A stretch of DNA of 64,000 nucleotides, taken from an uncultured Planctomycetia bacterium (GTDB taxonomy: Bacteria; Omnitrophota; Gorgyraeia; Tantalellales; Tantalellaceae). The stretch lies in the NCBI GenBank assembly GCA_964565425.1, contig CAZMEZ010000003.1, positions 18,991-82,990 on the forward strand, written 5' to 3'. The position numbers and the translations under genes were made by a program. The notes beneath the pieces are model-generated. The model had not been told where the DNA came from and made no database searches. It worked only from the letters and a program-made list of their open reading frames with translations. Below are positions 1-8,790 of the stretch, one piece after another; the stretch's first letter is position 1; each line of letters opens with the position of its first letter.

Positions 1-2
1 AT

Positions 3-155
3 TCGAATATTCCCGGAAAAGAGGTCATACAGCGCATAAAGGAAGAATTCAAGTCGGAGGAAGCGGCGCATCTTGCTTCGTTCATCGAGGACAGCAAGAG
101 AGGCATATGCAGGTACAGGTATAACAGGGAAGAGTATTTTGAGGAAGCGCAATAA
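3..155 (+). CDS. 3' end of an unidentified CDS (partial, begins before the window)
   Basis: Open frame SNIPGKEVIQRIKEEF...EEYFEEAQ* ending at TAA 153-155, followed by an RBS and the next gene. Confidence 0.6.
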   Translation, partial: SNIPGKEVIQRIKEEFKSEEAAHLASFIEDSKRGICRYRYNREEYFEEAQ

Positions 156-189
156 CTGAAAACCGGATCATGCAAAAAAGGAGGAGATA

Positions 190-540
190 ATGGCGAAGAA
201 AACGGGTCAAAAAGTGGACTTCAACAAATTGCTGAAGCAATACGAGCCGGCCATGAAAAAGGCGGGCGAACAGCTCTCTAAAGCCGTGAGGTCGGCTGAA
301 AAGGATATCGCCAAGATGTACAGGCTGGCAGAGACCCACGTGGAGATACAGATGGGTAACCTGAAGAAGGAAAAACTGTATTACGAGATAGGGAAAGACG
401 TCGCTTCCAGGATAGATAAAGGCGGCTTGACCGAGGTCGATCTTGATAAATACAGGAAGAGACTGGGCAAGATAGAATCCGAGGTCTCGAAAAAGAGGAA
501 ATCGTTGTCGAAAGCCGGGAAAACGGCGAAGAAAAAATAA
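190..540 (+). CDS. Hypothetical basic helical protein
   Basis: GAGGAG RBS before ATG; Lys-rich 116 aa; co-directional with its neighbours. Confidence 0.75.
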   Translation: MAKKTGQKVDFNKLLKQYEPAMKKAGEQLSKAVRSAEKDIAKMYRLAETHVEIQMGNLKKEKLYYEIGKDVASRIDKGGLTEVDLDKYRKRLGKIESEVSKKRKSLSKAGKTAKKK

Positions 541-566
541 AAACCCAAAAATCAAAGGGGTGCAGG

Positions 567-1619
567 ATGCTCAAAAAGATCATTATCGTTACGATCGCCA
601 TTATGATGGCGGGGATGCCGCAGGCGGTTCAAGCCGCGGACTTCTTCGGATTTAAAGGTTTCGAAAATCCCAAGGCGAGGGAATACAAGATCAAGCGGCT
701 GGTCTCTAAGCTATACGACAAGCGGACGGTCGTGGACGCCCAAAGGAACCTTACCAGCTACGGTAACGAGGTTACGCCGTATCTTTTGCCGGTTCTCGAG
801 GAAAGGGATAATGAAACGGCCAAGGTCGCGGCGCTTAACGTCATAGCCAATATCGGGGATGCTTCGGCGGAGGACGCGGTAGTGAAACTGCTCAGGGACA
901 GGGATGACAGGGTGAGGCAGCAAGCGGCGAGGACGCTTAGCGCCATGGGCGTGAAGAACGATTACGCGATCAAGGCGCTCAAGGAGCAGCTTGAAGACTA
1001 TAACCCGAATGTAAGGTATAACGCGATAAGAGCGCTCTCCAAGATGGCCCCCAAAGAGGATGCCAACCTGTTCATAGAGGCCCTTGGTGATTATGATTCC
1101 AGGATACGCATGTTCGCCGTGCTGGCGCTGGGAAGGCTCGAGGTAAGGGAAGCCGTGCCGTATTTGGCGCAGATGGTCCGTGATCCCGATCCCAACGTGC
1201 GCATGGCTGTCGTCATCGCGCTCTCGAAACTGGGGACGCAGGATTGTCTTGAACCGCTCGTTGCAATGATGAGGGATCCCGACCTGAACGTGAGGATGCT
1301 GGCGGTTGAAAAGATAGGCCACTCGACCCTGAGGGGAGCGGACGAGCCGCTCGTCCGCGTAGCCGGCAGCCGGGACCCGAGAGTGGCGAGCATGGCCCTG
1401 GTCGCGCTCAGCAACCGGAAAAGTCCCCTGGCCCTGGAAACGGCCAGGAAACATATCGATGACGAGCATCTGGACGTTAAGCTCACTTCCATTGAGGTCA
1501 TCGGCAAGATGGGCGACAGGAACGACCTGTCGCTTTTAAGGTCGCTCACGCAGGCGGAATCCAGCAAGGTCAGAAAAACGGCGAAGGAAGCTCTTGCGGA
1601 GGTAAAATCAAGGACATGA
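567..1619 (+). CDS. Exported HEAT/PBS-lyase repeat protein
   Basis: Signal peptide ending AVQA; repeated L.D.D..VR..A..AL motifs. Confidence 0.85.
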   Translation: MLKKIIIVTIAIMMAGMPQAVQAADFFGFKGFENPKAREYKIKRLVSKLYDKRTVVDAQRNLTSYGNEVTPYLLPVLEERDNETAKVAALNVIANIGDASAEDAVVKLLRDRDDRVRQQAARTLSAMGVKNDYAIKALKEQLEDYNPNVRYNAIRALSKMAPKEDANLFIEALGDYDSRIRMFAVLALGRLEVREAVPYLAQMVRDPDPNVRMAVVIALSKLGTQDCLEPLVAMMRDPDLNVRMLAVEKIGHSTLRGADEPLVRVAGSRDPRVASMALVALSNRKSPLALETARKHIDDEHLDVKLTSIEVIGKMGDRNDLSLLRSLTQAESSKVRKTAKEALAEVKSRT

Positions 1620-2743
1620 GCGCGGATGACGCTCATACGAGATCAAAAAGATACTCGGCGATAAAGACAGGGATCTTCGTGGCGGACCTTTTATTCTCAC
1701 TGGCCGCCCTCGTAGTTTTCCAGGCCTTCCTGTCACGTCCGGTTTCCGGGCTTGCCTTCGAAACTTACCGGAATTTTTACGCCGCGTGTTTTATCTACGC
1801 TTCTATTTTTCTCGCCTTCATGTATGCGGTATCTTTCCCGCTCAAGATCACCGGGTCGTTTTTTGTCGAACGCGCTTTCGGTCTTTCCAGGCAATCCTTT
1901 CTTGCGTGGCTCCGGGATGAGATGAAATCCATCCTGCTGTCGTTCCTGCTTTACATGTCCTGTATACAGGTCTTTTATCTGATCCTCAGGAACTTTCCCT
2001 CAACCTGGTGGCTTATTGCATCGGCCGGTTGGATCCTCTTTACGGTAGTGATGGCCAGGTTCCTGCCGATCTTGCTTATACCCCTCTTCTTTAAATATTC
2101 GCCGATACGGGACAGGGGGCTTAAGGAAAGGATAATGACGCTCGCGGAAAAGTCAGGAATAAAGCTGGTGGACGTCTGCCAGATAGATCTCAGCCGGAAG
2201 ACGGCGAAGGCCAACGCCGCTCTGGTCGGGCTTGGAGGGACCAGGAAAGTAATACTTGCCGACACATTGATCGAGAAGTTTGCTCCCGAAGAGATAGAAA
2301 GCGTTGTGGCGCACGAGTTCGCGCATTTCAAGTACCGGCATATATGGCAGCTTCTGTTTTTCTCCGCGGCTGTGACGCTGCTGGGATTTTTCGCGCTTTA
2401 TCGTGTTTCGGGAGCGATAGTATCCCTGACCGGTTCCGGGGGTTTGTCCGACCTTTACATTTTTCCCGCACTTATCCTTTCGGCGGCGGTCTTTGGCCTG
2501 GCGGTTTTACCCTTTCAGAACCTGTTTTCACGCGTTCTGGAACGGCAGTCCGACAGATTCGCTGTTGAGACCACGGGTTCTCCCCCGGCATTCATCGCGG
2601 TAATGAAAAAACTGGCTTCAATGAACCTGGCGGATACCGAACCGTCCGCGGTGAAAAAGATATTCCTGTACGATCATCCGCCCGTAGGAGAGAGGATACG
2701 GATGGGGGAGGAATACGAGAGAAGGATGAAGGTTGAAGGATAA
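1616..2743 (+). CDS. M48 family (Ste24/HtpX-like) membrane zinc metalloprotease
   Basis: HEFAH zinc motif, ANAAL.G, ERQSD, DHPP..ERI; multiple TM helices; ATGA overlap with upstream gene. Confidence 0.9.
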   Translation: MSADDAHTRSKRYSAIKTGIFVADLLFSLAALVVFQAFLSRPVSGLAFETYRNFYAACFIYASIFLAFMYAVSFPLKITGSFFVERAFGLSRQSFLAWLRDEMKSILLSFLLYMSCIQVFYLILRNFPSTWWLIASAGWILFTVVMARFLPILLIPLFFKYSPIRDRGLKERIMTLAEKSGIKLVDVCQIDLSRKTAKANAALVGLGGTRKVILADTLIEKFAPEEIESVVAHEFAHFKYRHIWQLLFFSAAVTLLGFFALYRVSGAIVSLTGSGGLSDLYIFPALILSAAVFGLAVLPFQNLFSRVLERQSDRFAVETTGSPPAFIAVMKKLASMNLADTEPSAVKKIFLYDHPPVGERIRMGEEYERRMKVEG

Positions 2744-2745
2744 AG

Positions 2746-2861
2746 AAGTCACAAAGTCAAAAAGTCATAAAGTCGTAAGGCCTATGTTTATTTAAACGGT
2801 CCCTTTGTGACCTTGTGACTTTTGGACTTTATGACTTATTCTAACTGGTTACTGCTAACTT
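2746..2861. repeat. Inverted pair of 8-mer tandem arrays plus a 7-mer tail
   Basis: AAGTCACA AAGTCAAA AAGTCATA AAGTCGTA ... TTTGTGAC CTTGTGAC TTTTGGAC TTTATGAC; tail CTAACTGGTTACTGCTAACTT resembles 8742-8762. Confidence 0.85.
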
Positions 2862-2866
2862 TGGAC

Positions 2867-3532
2867 ATGGCGTCTAAACGGGAAAAGATAAAGAGGATCT
2901 ATGATCTCCTGAACGAACACTTCGGCGATCTCGGCTGGTGGCCGGCTGAATCTCCTTTCGAAGTAATAGTGGGCGCCGTGTTGACACAGAATACATCATG
3001 GGCGAACGTGGAGAAGGCCATAAAACGGCTCAAGGATGAAGGCTTGATGAGGCCTTCAAAAATGGCGGAAGCGGATACCGGCGTCTTGTCCCGCGCCATT
3101 CGGCCCGCGGGATATTTCCGGGTCAAGGCGCGCCGCCTTAAAGAGATGAGCCGTTTCATAATGAAAGAGTGCGGAGGAAAACTTGACAGGCTGGGGCGTG
3201 AAGACATATTATGTCTGAGGGAAAGGCTTCTCGGTGTAAATGGGGTGGGCCCCGAAACGGCGGATTCAATACTGGTCTACGCGCTGGGGAAACCTGTTTT
3301 CGTGGTCGATGCATACACGAAACGGGTCTTTTCCCGACACGGCATCACCGGGGAGGACGCGAGCTACGCGGATATCCAACGCATGGTGCATGATAATGTC
3401 CCGCTTAAAGTAAGAACGATGAACCAGTTCCATGCGCTCTTGGTGGAGACCGGCAAAAGGTATTGCAGGAAGAGATCGCCCAAATGCGGGGAATGCCCGC
3501 TCGGCGGCCTTAAGAGAAATAATTGCTTATAG
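2867..3532 (+). CDS. HhH-GPD / endonuclease III-related DNA glycosylase
   Basis: GAVLTQNT, GVGPETAD HhH motif, VVDAY, C-terminal CRKRSPKCGECP Fe-S-like motif; start placed at ATG 2867. Confidence 0.88.
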   Translation: MASKREKIKRIYDLLNEHFGDLGWWPAESPFEVIVGAVLTQNTSWANVEKAIKRLKDEGLMRPSKMAEADTGVLSRAIRPAGYFRVKARRLKEMSRFIMKECGGKLDRLGREDILCLRERLLGVNGVGPETADSILVYALGKPVFVVDAYTKRVFSRHGITGEDASYADIQRMVHDNVPLKVRTMNQFHALLVETGKRYCRKRSPKCGECPLGGLKRNNCL

Positions 3533-3556
3533 CTTAAAGCTTACGGCTTAAAGCTG
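3525..3556. repeat. 7-mer tandem array (GCTTAnn) overlapping the stop codon
   Basis: GCTTATA GCTTAAA GCTTACG GCTTAAA; the same family occurs near 41417 and 43733. Confidence 0.75.
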
Positions 3557-3574
3557 AAAAAAAGGGGGTGAAAC

Positions 3575-3865
3575 ATGATCTTTGGATTTTTCAGGAAGAA
3601 AAAGGAGCCGGAGGAAGGGGACCGTATCGGGAATGTAGTCCACTATTTTCCACATGTAAAAGCTGCCGTGATAGTTGTCGACAAGGGCAGTCTTGTCATC
3701 GGCGACCAGATACGGATCAAGGGACATACCACGGATTTTCAGCAGAAGATCGAGTCGATGCAGATAGAGCATGAATCCGTAGAAAAGGTCTCGAAGGGGC
3801 AGGAAGTGGCCATAAAGGTAAAAAAGAAAGCAAGAAAAACCGATAAGGTGTATCTTGTGAAATGA
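3575..3865 (+). CDS. Translation-factor-like beta-barrel protein (U32 C-terminal-like)
   Basis: IG.V.HYF..V.AA, GD.I.IKGHTTDF.Q.IESMQI..E pattern. Confidence 0.75.
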   Translation: MIFGFFRKKKEPEEGDRIGNVVHYFPHVKAAVIVVDKGSLVIGDQIRIKGHTTDFQQKIESMQIEHESVEKVSKGQEVAIKVKKKARKTDKVYLVK

Positions 3866-4689
3866 GGTCGATGGAAGATATTCCGAGAATAAAGGAAGTA
3901 GCGGAGCAAATCGCCCGTGAGGCCGGGGATTACGTCCTGGGGCGCATGGGGCATCTCGAGGAGGTTGCCCGCAAAAGCGGCATGCATGACCTGGTGACGG
4001 ACGTGGACAAGACGTCCGAAAAGATGATCATAGACAGGATAAACCGGGAATTTCCCTCCCACTCGGTGCTGGCGGAGGAAAGCGGCGGACAGGCGCCGGG
4101 GGGAGTCATTAGCTGGATAGTCGACCCGCTTGACGGCACGACAAATTACACCCATTCATACCCCGTGTTTTGCGTTTCAATAGGGGTGCTTATCGACGGT
4201 CTCGTAAGGGTAGGCGTGATATATGATCCCTCGAGGGGAGAGACCTTCATCGCGGAAGAAGGGAAGGGCGCGCACCTCAACGGGCAAAAGATAAAAGTCG
4301 CCCCCTGTGGCGTTCTTTCCGACTCGCTTCTCGCGACAGGTTTCGCGTATGACCTCGAATGCAAGATAGCGAACCTTGAATATTTCAGGGTCATGCTTGA
4401 GAGCGCCCAGGCGGTTCGGCGCGCAGGGTCAGCGGCTCTGGACCTTTGTTACGTGGCCTGCGGAAGGTTTGACGGTTTCTGGGAGATGTGCCTGAACCCG
4501 TGGGATACCGCAGCCGGGCAACTCATGGTCCGGGAAGCGGGCGGAAGAGTGACCGGGCTTGACGGCGGTCCTTTCGATATCTTCAATAAAGGTATGATCG
4601 TTGCCACGAATGGAAATATTCATGACGAATTACTCGGTCGCTTAAATATCCGGCGATCCGAAGATAACCAAAAATACCCAACCGGATAA
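3862..4689 (+). CDS. suhB: Inositol monophosphatase family protein
   Basis: DLVT..D, EE, WIVDPLDGTTNY, GSAALDL, WDTAAG motifs. Confidence 0.9.
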   Translation: MRSMEDIPRIKEVAEQIAREAGDYVLGRMGHLEEVARKSGMHDLVTDVDKTSEKMIIDRINREFPSHSVLAEESGGQAPGGVISWIVDPLDGTTNYTHSYPVFCVSIGVLIDGLVRVGVIYDPSRGETFIAEEGKGAHLNGQKIKVAPCGVLSDSLLATGFAYDLECKIANLEYFRVMLESAQAVRRAGSAALDLCYVACGRFDGFWEMCLNPWDTAAGQLMVREAGGRVTGLDGGPFDIFNKGMIVATNGNIHDELLGRLNIRRSEDNQKYPTG

Positions 4690-4812
4690 CCGCAATTAAA
4701 CGGCAACACCCCGCAAGTTAGTATATCAAAAGCCAGAAAATCACTTCAAAGCTTATTCAACTCAGCAGGAAAGACCACTTTTATACAAAAAATTAGTATT
4801 TAAAAAAGTTAG

Positions 4813-4841
4813 TTGACATTAGGCTTTATAGTGTGTAAAAT
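4813..4841 (+). promoter_or_regulatory. Sigma70-type promoter
   Basis: TTGACA (4813-4818), 17 bp spacer, TAAAAT (4836-4841) preceded by TGTG. Confidence 0.65.
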
Positions 4842-4891
4842 TGTAAATGTATTAAAAGCAAGATGAAATTACACAGCATGGGGGTTTAGGG

Positions 4892-5263
4892 ATGAAATAC
4901 AGGACCATTATCGAGTTGATCTGTGAGGCGTCCGACAAGGATGAGGCCTTCAATATCGCCGGAGAGTACCTGAAAGGCGAGGTGGATTTCGGCGTTGAAA
5001 TGGGCTGCAAAACGGCTTCATTGTGGGCACACCGGGCAAAGAAGTGCGTCGCTTACACCATAGCGGTCTTTTTCGTATTCTCCGCATTGATCGTAAGGGT
5101 AACACCGCTGGGAGGGGACGAGAAGATACGCGATTCGGTGCGTCCGGGGATCGGGAACACGTACACCATAATGCCCGAATTGAAGACCAAACACCGGTCG
5201 GATTTCCGGAAGGACTGGGAGAAGAAAAAACAGGAAGCGATCCTTGAATTTCTGAAGCATTAA
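4892..5263 (+). CDS. Hypothetical protein with one TM segment
   Basis: Has its own promoter and terminator; central hydrophobic stretch. Confidence 0.7.
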   Translation: MKYRTIIELICEASDKDEAFNIAGEYLKGEVDFGVEMGCKTASLWAHRAKKCVAYTIAVFFVFSALIVRVTPLGGDEKIRDSVRPGIGNTYTIMPELKTKHRSDFRKDWEKKKQEAILEFLKH

Positions 5264-5289
5264 GATCTGACAAGATCCGGGTAGGGGAT

Positions 5290-5328
5290 AAAAGGGGAGA
5301 GGCCGATAAGGTTTCTCCCCTTTATTTT
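5290..5328 (+). terminator. Intrinsic terminator
   Basis: AAAGGGGAGA...TCTCCCCTTT stem followed by ATTTT. Confidence 0.65.
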
Positions 5329-5445
5329 GGGCCCAAGCGGCAGATAGAGTTGTCAATTACTAATATATTATGTATACTATCAACAGGTTATACAGTTAGG
5401 GGAAGTTCGGTATTTTCGTGGCATATTATATTTAAGGTTGGGTCC

Positions 5446-5874
5446 GTGGAAGAGAAAAGCGAAAAAAAACACAGGATACTCGTCGTTGATGATCAGGTCG
5501 GCATCGTGTCCTTTTTGTATGATTTCTTCATGATAAAAGGGTACGACGTGCTTCAGGCGACTAGCGCTAAAAAGGCGATCGGTCTTGTCGATAAAGAGAG
5601 ACCGGAGCTGGTACTGCTTGATATCAGGCTCGGTTGGGGCAAGAACGGCATAGAGACACTGAAGGATATAAAAGAGATAGCACCCGCCACGCGCGTAATA
5701 ATGATGACAAGCGTAGCCGACGAGGACGTGATAGAGGAAGCTTTCAGCCTTGGGGCCGATGATTACATAATAAAACCCTTCAGCCTAAAATATCTCGAGA
5801 AAGTCGTAATGCTGAAGGTCCTTAACCTGGAGATCGAACGGCTTGGAGAAGGCAAAGGTGAAGGTTCACAGTAA
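5446..5874 (+). CDS. Single-domain (CheY-like) response regulator
   Basis: ILVVDD, LLDI phosphoacceptor, T, KPF; start taken at GTG 5446. Confidence 0.88.
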   Translation: MEEKSEKKHRILVVDDQVGIVSFLYDFFMIKGYDVLQATSAKKAIGLVDKERPELVLLDIRLGWGKNGIETLKDIKEIAPATRVIMMTSVADEDVIEEAFSLGADDYIIKPFSLKYLEKVVMLKVLNLEIERLGEGKGEGSQ

Positions 5875-6367
5875 GATGGTGTTCAAGGGACGCCTTCTCA
5901 AGGTATTCAAATCACGAAAGACCCTGCCTAACGGAAGAAAAGCCGACATCGAAGAGGTCGAACATCCGGGAGCCGCGCTTATCATTCCCTTTTTAAGAGG
6001 AAAGATCGTCTTCATACGACAGTACCGCCCGGTAATCGGCAAGTATATCTGGGAGTTGCCTGCGGGAACGCTTGATGAGGGGGAAACCCCGTACGCTTGC
6101 GCGAAGAGGGAAGTCGTCGAGGAAACGGGTTACGGGGTCAGGAATCTGCGAAAGCTGGGATATATATACACGACACCGGGTTTTTGCAACGAAAAGATAC
6201 ACATATTCAGGGCTGATTGCGAGACGAAAAATTCGACGAACCGGGAATGTGACGAGATAATGGATGTGGCGGTCCTGGATAGGCGGAGGATAAGGCAACT
6301 TTTCGCGTCCGGCAAGATAAACGATTCAAAGACGATCGCCGCGCTTAGTTTTGCGGGCATTATATAA
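5858..6367 (+). CDS. NUDIX hydrolase, ADP-ribose pyrophosphatase-like
   Basis: Nudix box GTLDEGETPYACAKREVVEETG; QYR, ELPAG and PGF motifs. Confidence 0.9.
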   Translation: MKVHSKMVFKGRLLKVFKSRKTLPNGRKADIEEVEHPGAALIIPFLRGKIVFIRQYRPVIGKYIWELPAGTLDEGETPYACAKREVVEETGYGVRNLRKLGYIYTTPGFCNEKIHIFRADCETKNSTNRECDEIMDVAVLDRRRIRQLFASGKINDSKTIAALSFAGII

Positions 6368-6456
6368 GCACATGCACGCTATGCCGGTATCCTAATTTGC
6401 TTGACATTCGTATTTATATCGGATATACTTCAGGGCAAAGGTCAAAGGGGGTGGAA

Positions 6457-6774
6457 ATGAAACGATTTTTAATATTCTTATTTATATTCGCGTTGTTGTT
6501 TAATGTGAACGCTTTTGCATCGACGAACAAACCGCTTAAAAACCTCGGGCAAGGGCTTGATGACATGTTCTACGGAAGCGTTGAGGTCCCCGACAGCATA
6601 GATGAAACAGGCACCAAAGGTTCCCCCGCTTATGCTAGCTGTACCGGGAAGACCAATGACGATATGGGCAGAGGGATAGCCAGGTTCGTAGGAGGCCTCT
6701 GGCGCGTAGCCACTTTCTGGTATCCGGAAGAAGACGCTTCCGCGTCGGTTCCGGTGTCCAGATCGGCCAAGTAA
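6457..6774 (+). CDS. Small exported hypothetical protein, resembling the TIGR04073-type family
   Basis: Signal peptide ending AFA; KNLGQG...G..EVP and R..GG.W..ATF pattern. Confidence 0.65.
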   Translation: MKRFLIFLFIFALLFNVNAFASTNKPLKNLGQGLDDMFYGSVEVPDSIDETGTKGSPAYASCTGKTNDDMGRGIARFVGGLWRVATFWYPEEDASASVPVSRSAK

Positions 6775-6790
6775 GAGCGCTTTTAACTCT

Positions 6791-6830
6791 CAAAAAACCC
6801 CGTTCAATAAAACTGAACGGGGTTTTTTTG
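6791..6830. terminator. Bidirectional intrinsic terminator
   Basis: AAAAAACCCCGTTCA-loop-TGAACGGGGTTTTTTT between convergent genes. Confidence 0.85.
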
Positions 6831-6835
6831 TTTAA

Positions 6836-6906
6836 TGATTTGGTTATTGATTGGTTCGGCGGTTAGTGAGGACATTCTAAATAACCAGGAACCAGTAATC
6901 AATAAC
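6836..6906. repeat. Inverted 7-mer arrays overlapping the stop codon of the minus-strand nitroreductase
   Basis: TGATTTGGTTATTGATTGGTT ... ATAACCA GGAACCA GTAATCA ATAAC. Confidence 0.65.
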
Positions 6907-7441
6907 TATTCCAACTCAGCACTTCGCTCCTGTCCTTGAGGGTCTTTTCCTGCGGGTCTTTTCCCCCCGGATACCCCATGGCGATAACGAGCTCGATCTT
7001 TTTGCCTCGCGGGACGGAGAGTATCTTACGCAACCTGTTTTCGCCGAACCATCCCAGTATACAGGTGCCGATTCCGAGTTCCTCGGCCCTCAGGACGAGA
7101 TGGGCGCAGGCGATACCTATGTCGATCTTCCGAAAGTCGGTTTTCCGGAGTTTGCCGCCCGCCCAGGCGGGGAACTTCATGTTTTCCGCGATCACTATGA
7201 TGAAAGCGGCGGCACCGAGCGCGAACGAATTCATTCTATATGTCCCGGAAAGAAAGCCTTCCGACAGTTCTTTTTTTTGTTCGGGGCCATCGACGATGAT
7301 GAATTTCCATGGCTGGGAATTGCAGGCGGAAGGGGCGTAAAGCGCGGCTTCTACGCATGACTCGAGGTCTTTACGGCTTATCGTCCGCTCGTCGTAAAAG
7401 CGGATGCTCCTTCTTTTTTTCGCGAGGTCCAGCAGCGACAT
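6899..7441 (-). CDS. Nitroreductase family protein
   Basis: RRSIR, APSACNSQPW, D.GIA..HLVL.A.ELGIGTC motifs. Confidence 0.92.
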   Translation of the reverse strand: MSLLDLAKKRRSIRFYDERTISRKDLESCVEAALYAPSACNSQPWKFIIVDGPEQKKELSEGFLSGTYRMNSFALGAAAFIIVIAENMKFPAWAGGKLRKTDFRKIDIGIACAHLVLRAEELGIGTCILGWFGENRLRKILSVPRGKKIELVIAMGYPGGKDPQEKTLKDRSEVLSWNSY

Positions 7442-7492
7442 GACGTTCTCCTGTGCTTGTTAACATCGGTCGATTCGATTATAATATAACAC

Positions 7493-8365
7493 ATGAAAGA
7501 CACCCGCGCTATAAGCATTTCTCTTATACTTCTTCTTATCGGGTTGCAAGGCTGCGCGAATACCGGCACAGTGAAACGGATGCGTCCCTCCGCCGGTATC
7601 TCGGAAGAAAAAGCCGTGAAAGAGATATCCGCAAAGGGCCGTTTTCACAGGAACAAGAGGCTGGTTTACCTGATAGCGTGGAACAACATCCCGGTCGGAC
7701 GTATAATTACCGAGGTCGGCGACGTAGAGAGATACGGCGAGTATGACGTTTTCGTTATCAGGTTGGTGACCGAATCGAATAAATTTCTGTCCAAAATATA
7801 CCGGGTCGAGGACACCTATACATCTTACGTGGACGCTGACGCCATCACGAGCAGGCGCTACGAAGCGGACAGGAAAGAGGGGAACTACAGAAAACATGTT
7901 ATAGTTGAGTACGACTTTGGCAAGCAGGAGGCGACGTACACCAATCTGACGGACGGGTCGGTAAAAAAATGCGTGATCAAAAAAGACGTCCAGGACCCGT
8001 TGAGCGCTATGTGCTATTTCATGACCCTGCCCATAAGGATCGGAGAGAAACTGGGCTTAACGATCAATCTGAACGAGAAGAATTACGATCTCTTCGCCAG
8101 GGTGGAGGATATAGAAGTTGTAACATTGGCGGGTATCGGGACTTTTCCGGCGTTCAGGATACGGCCGTACGCGGAATTGAAAGGCGCGCGCGTAAAAAAA
8201 GGAAGAGGGTGGATGTATTTTTCGGCGGATGCGGACCGGTATCCCCTGTACGGGGTGGTCCGCATACCTTTCGGCCGGGTTACCGCCACGTTGAGGTCGA
8301 TAGAAGATATTCAAGGCGCAAGGCGGTGTCCGTCATCAGATAGGCGCAAGGCTCAAGGAGAGTGA
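7493..8365 (+). CDS. DUF3108-like lipoprotein
   Basis: Lipobox LQGC; LSKIYRVED.Y.S and QDPLS motifs; last ~17 aa are encoded by the repeat element. Confidence 0.75.
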   Translation: MKDTRAISISLILLLIGLQGCANTGTVKRMRPSAGISEEKAVKEISAKGRFHRNKRLVYLIAWNNIPVGRIITEVGDVERYGEYDVFVIRLVTESNKFLSKIYRVEDTYTSYVDADAITSRRYEADRKEGNYRKHVIVEYDFGKQEATYTNLTDGSVKKCVIKKDVQDPLSAMCYFMTLPIRIGEKLGLTINLNEKNYDLFARVEDIEVVTLAGIGTFPAFRIRPYAELKGARVKKGRGWMYFSADADRYPLYGVVRIPFGRVTATLRSIEDIQGARRCPSSDRRKAQGE

Positions 8366-8762
8366 TAACTAATACGTAATAGGTTAAGGCTAGAGGCTCG
8401 AGGCGAGAGGCTAGAGGACGGGGGAAGCAATTTCGATGTTGGTAAGTGCGTAAGTTACCAGTTACCAGAAACCAGTTGCCGGAAGAGTGGTTCGAGGTTC
8501 GCGGAGTGTTCGCATAGCGCATAGCGTGCGGGGCGGTTTCTTCTGTCATTGCGAGGATGCCCTGAAAGGGCAGACGCGGCAATCCCTGATTTCAGCTGTA
8601 CGCTGTAAGTTTTAAGCTATAAGATCGTTATAACCCTTTCCAGCTTTAGCGGGCATCTTAAAGCTGATTTTGAATTTTTAATTATATTTTTAAATTTTAT
8701 CTTTTAACTTTTAAATTTTAACCGGCGTCCCGACCGCCCTGGTAACTGGTAACTGCTAACTT
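8314..8762. repeat. Composite stack of several 7-mer array modules plus a REP-like half element
   Basis: AGGCGCA, GTAATAC, GCTAGAG, GTTACCA and GCATAGC arrays, with a CTGGTAA inverse arm; three modules are near-identical to 41184-41295. Confidence 0.85.
8545..8584 (+). repeat. REP/RPE-like palindromic element (one arm)
   Basis: GTCATTGCGAG, internal hairpin TGCCCTGAAAGGGCA, GACGCGGCAATC. Confidence 0.6.
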
Positions 8763-8790
8763 ACCCAAAACCCACAGGGCACGGAATAAA

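Noticed and set aside
8280-8582. 100-aa minus-strand ORF across the repeat stack
   Set aside because: It is a low-complexity translation of the repeats with no RBS or motif.
8314-8762. CRISPR interpretation of the composite repeat spacers
   Set aside because: There is no constant 23-50 nt repeat separated by equal-length unique spacers, and no cas genes in the window.
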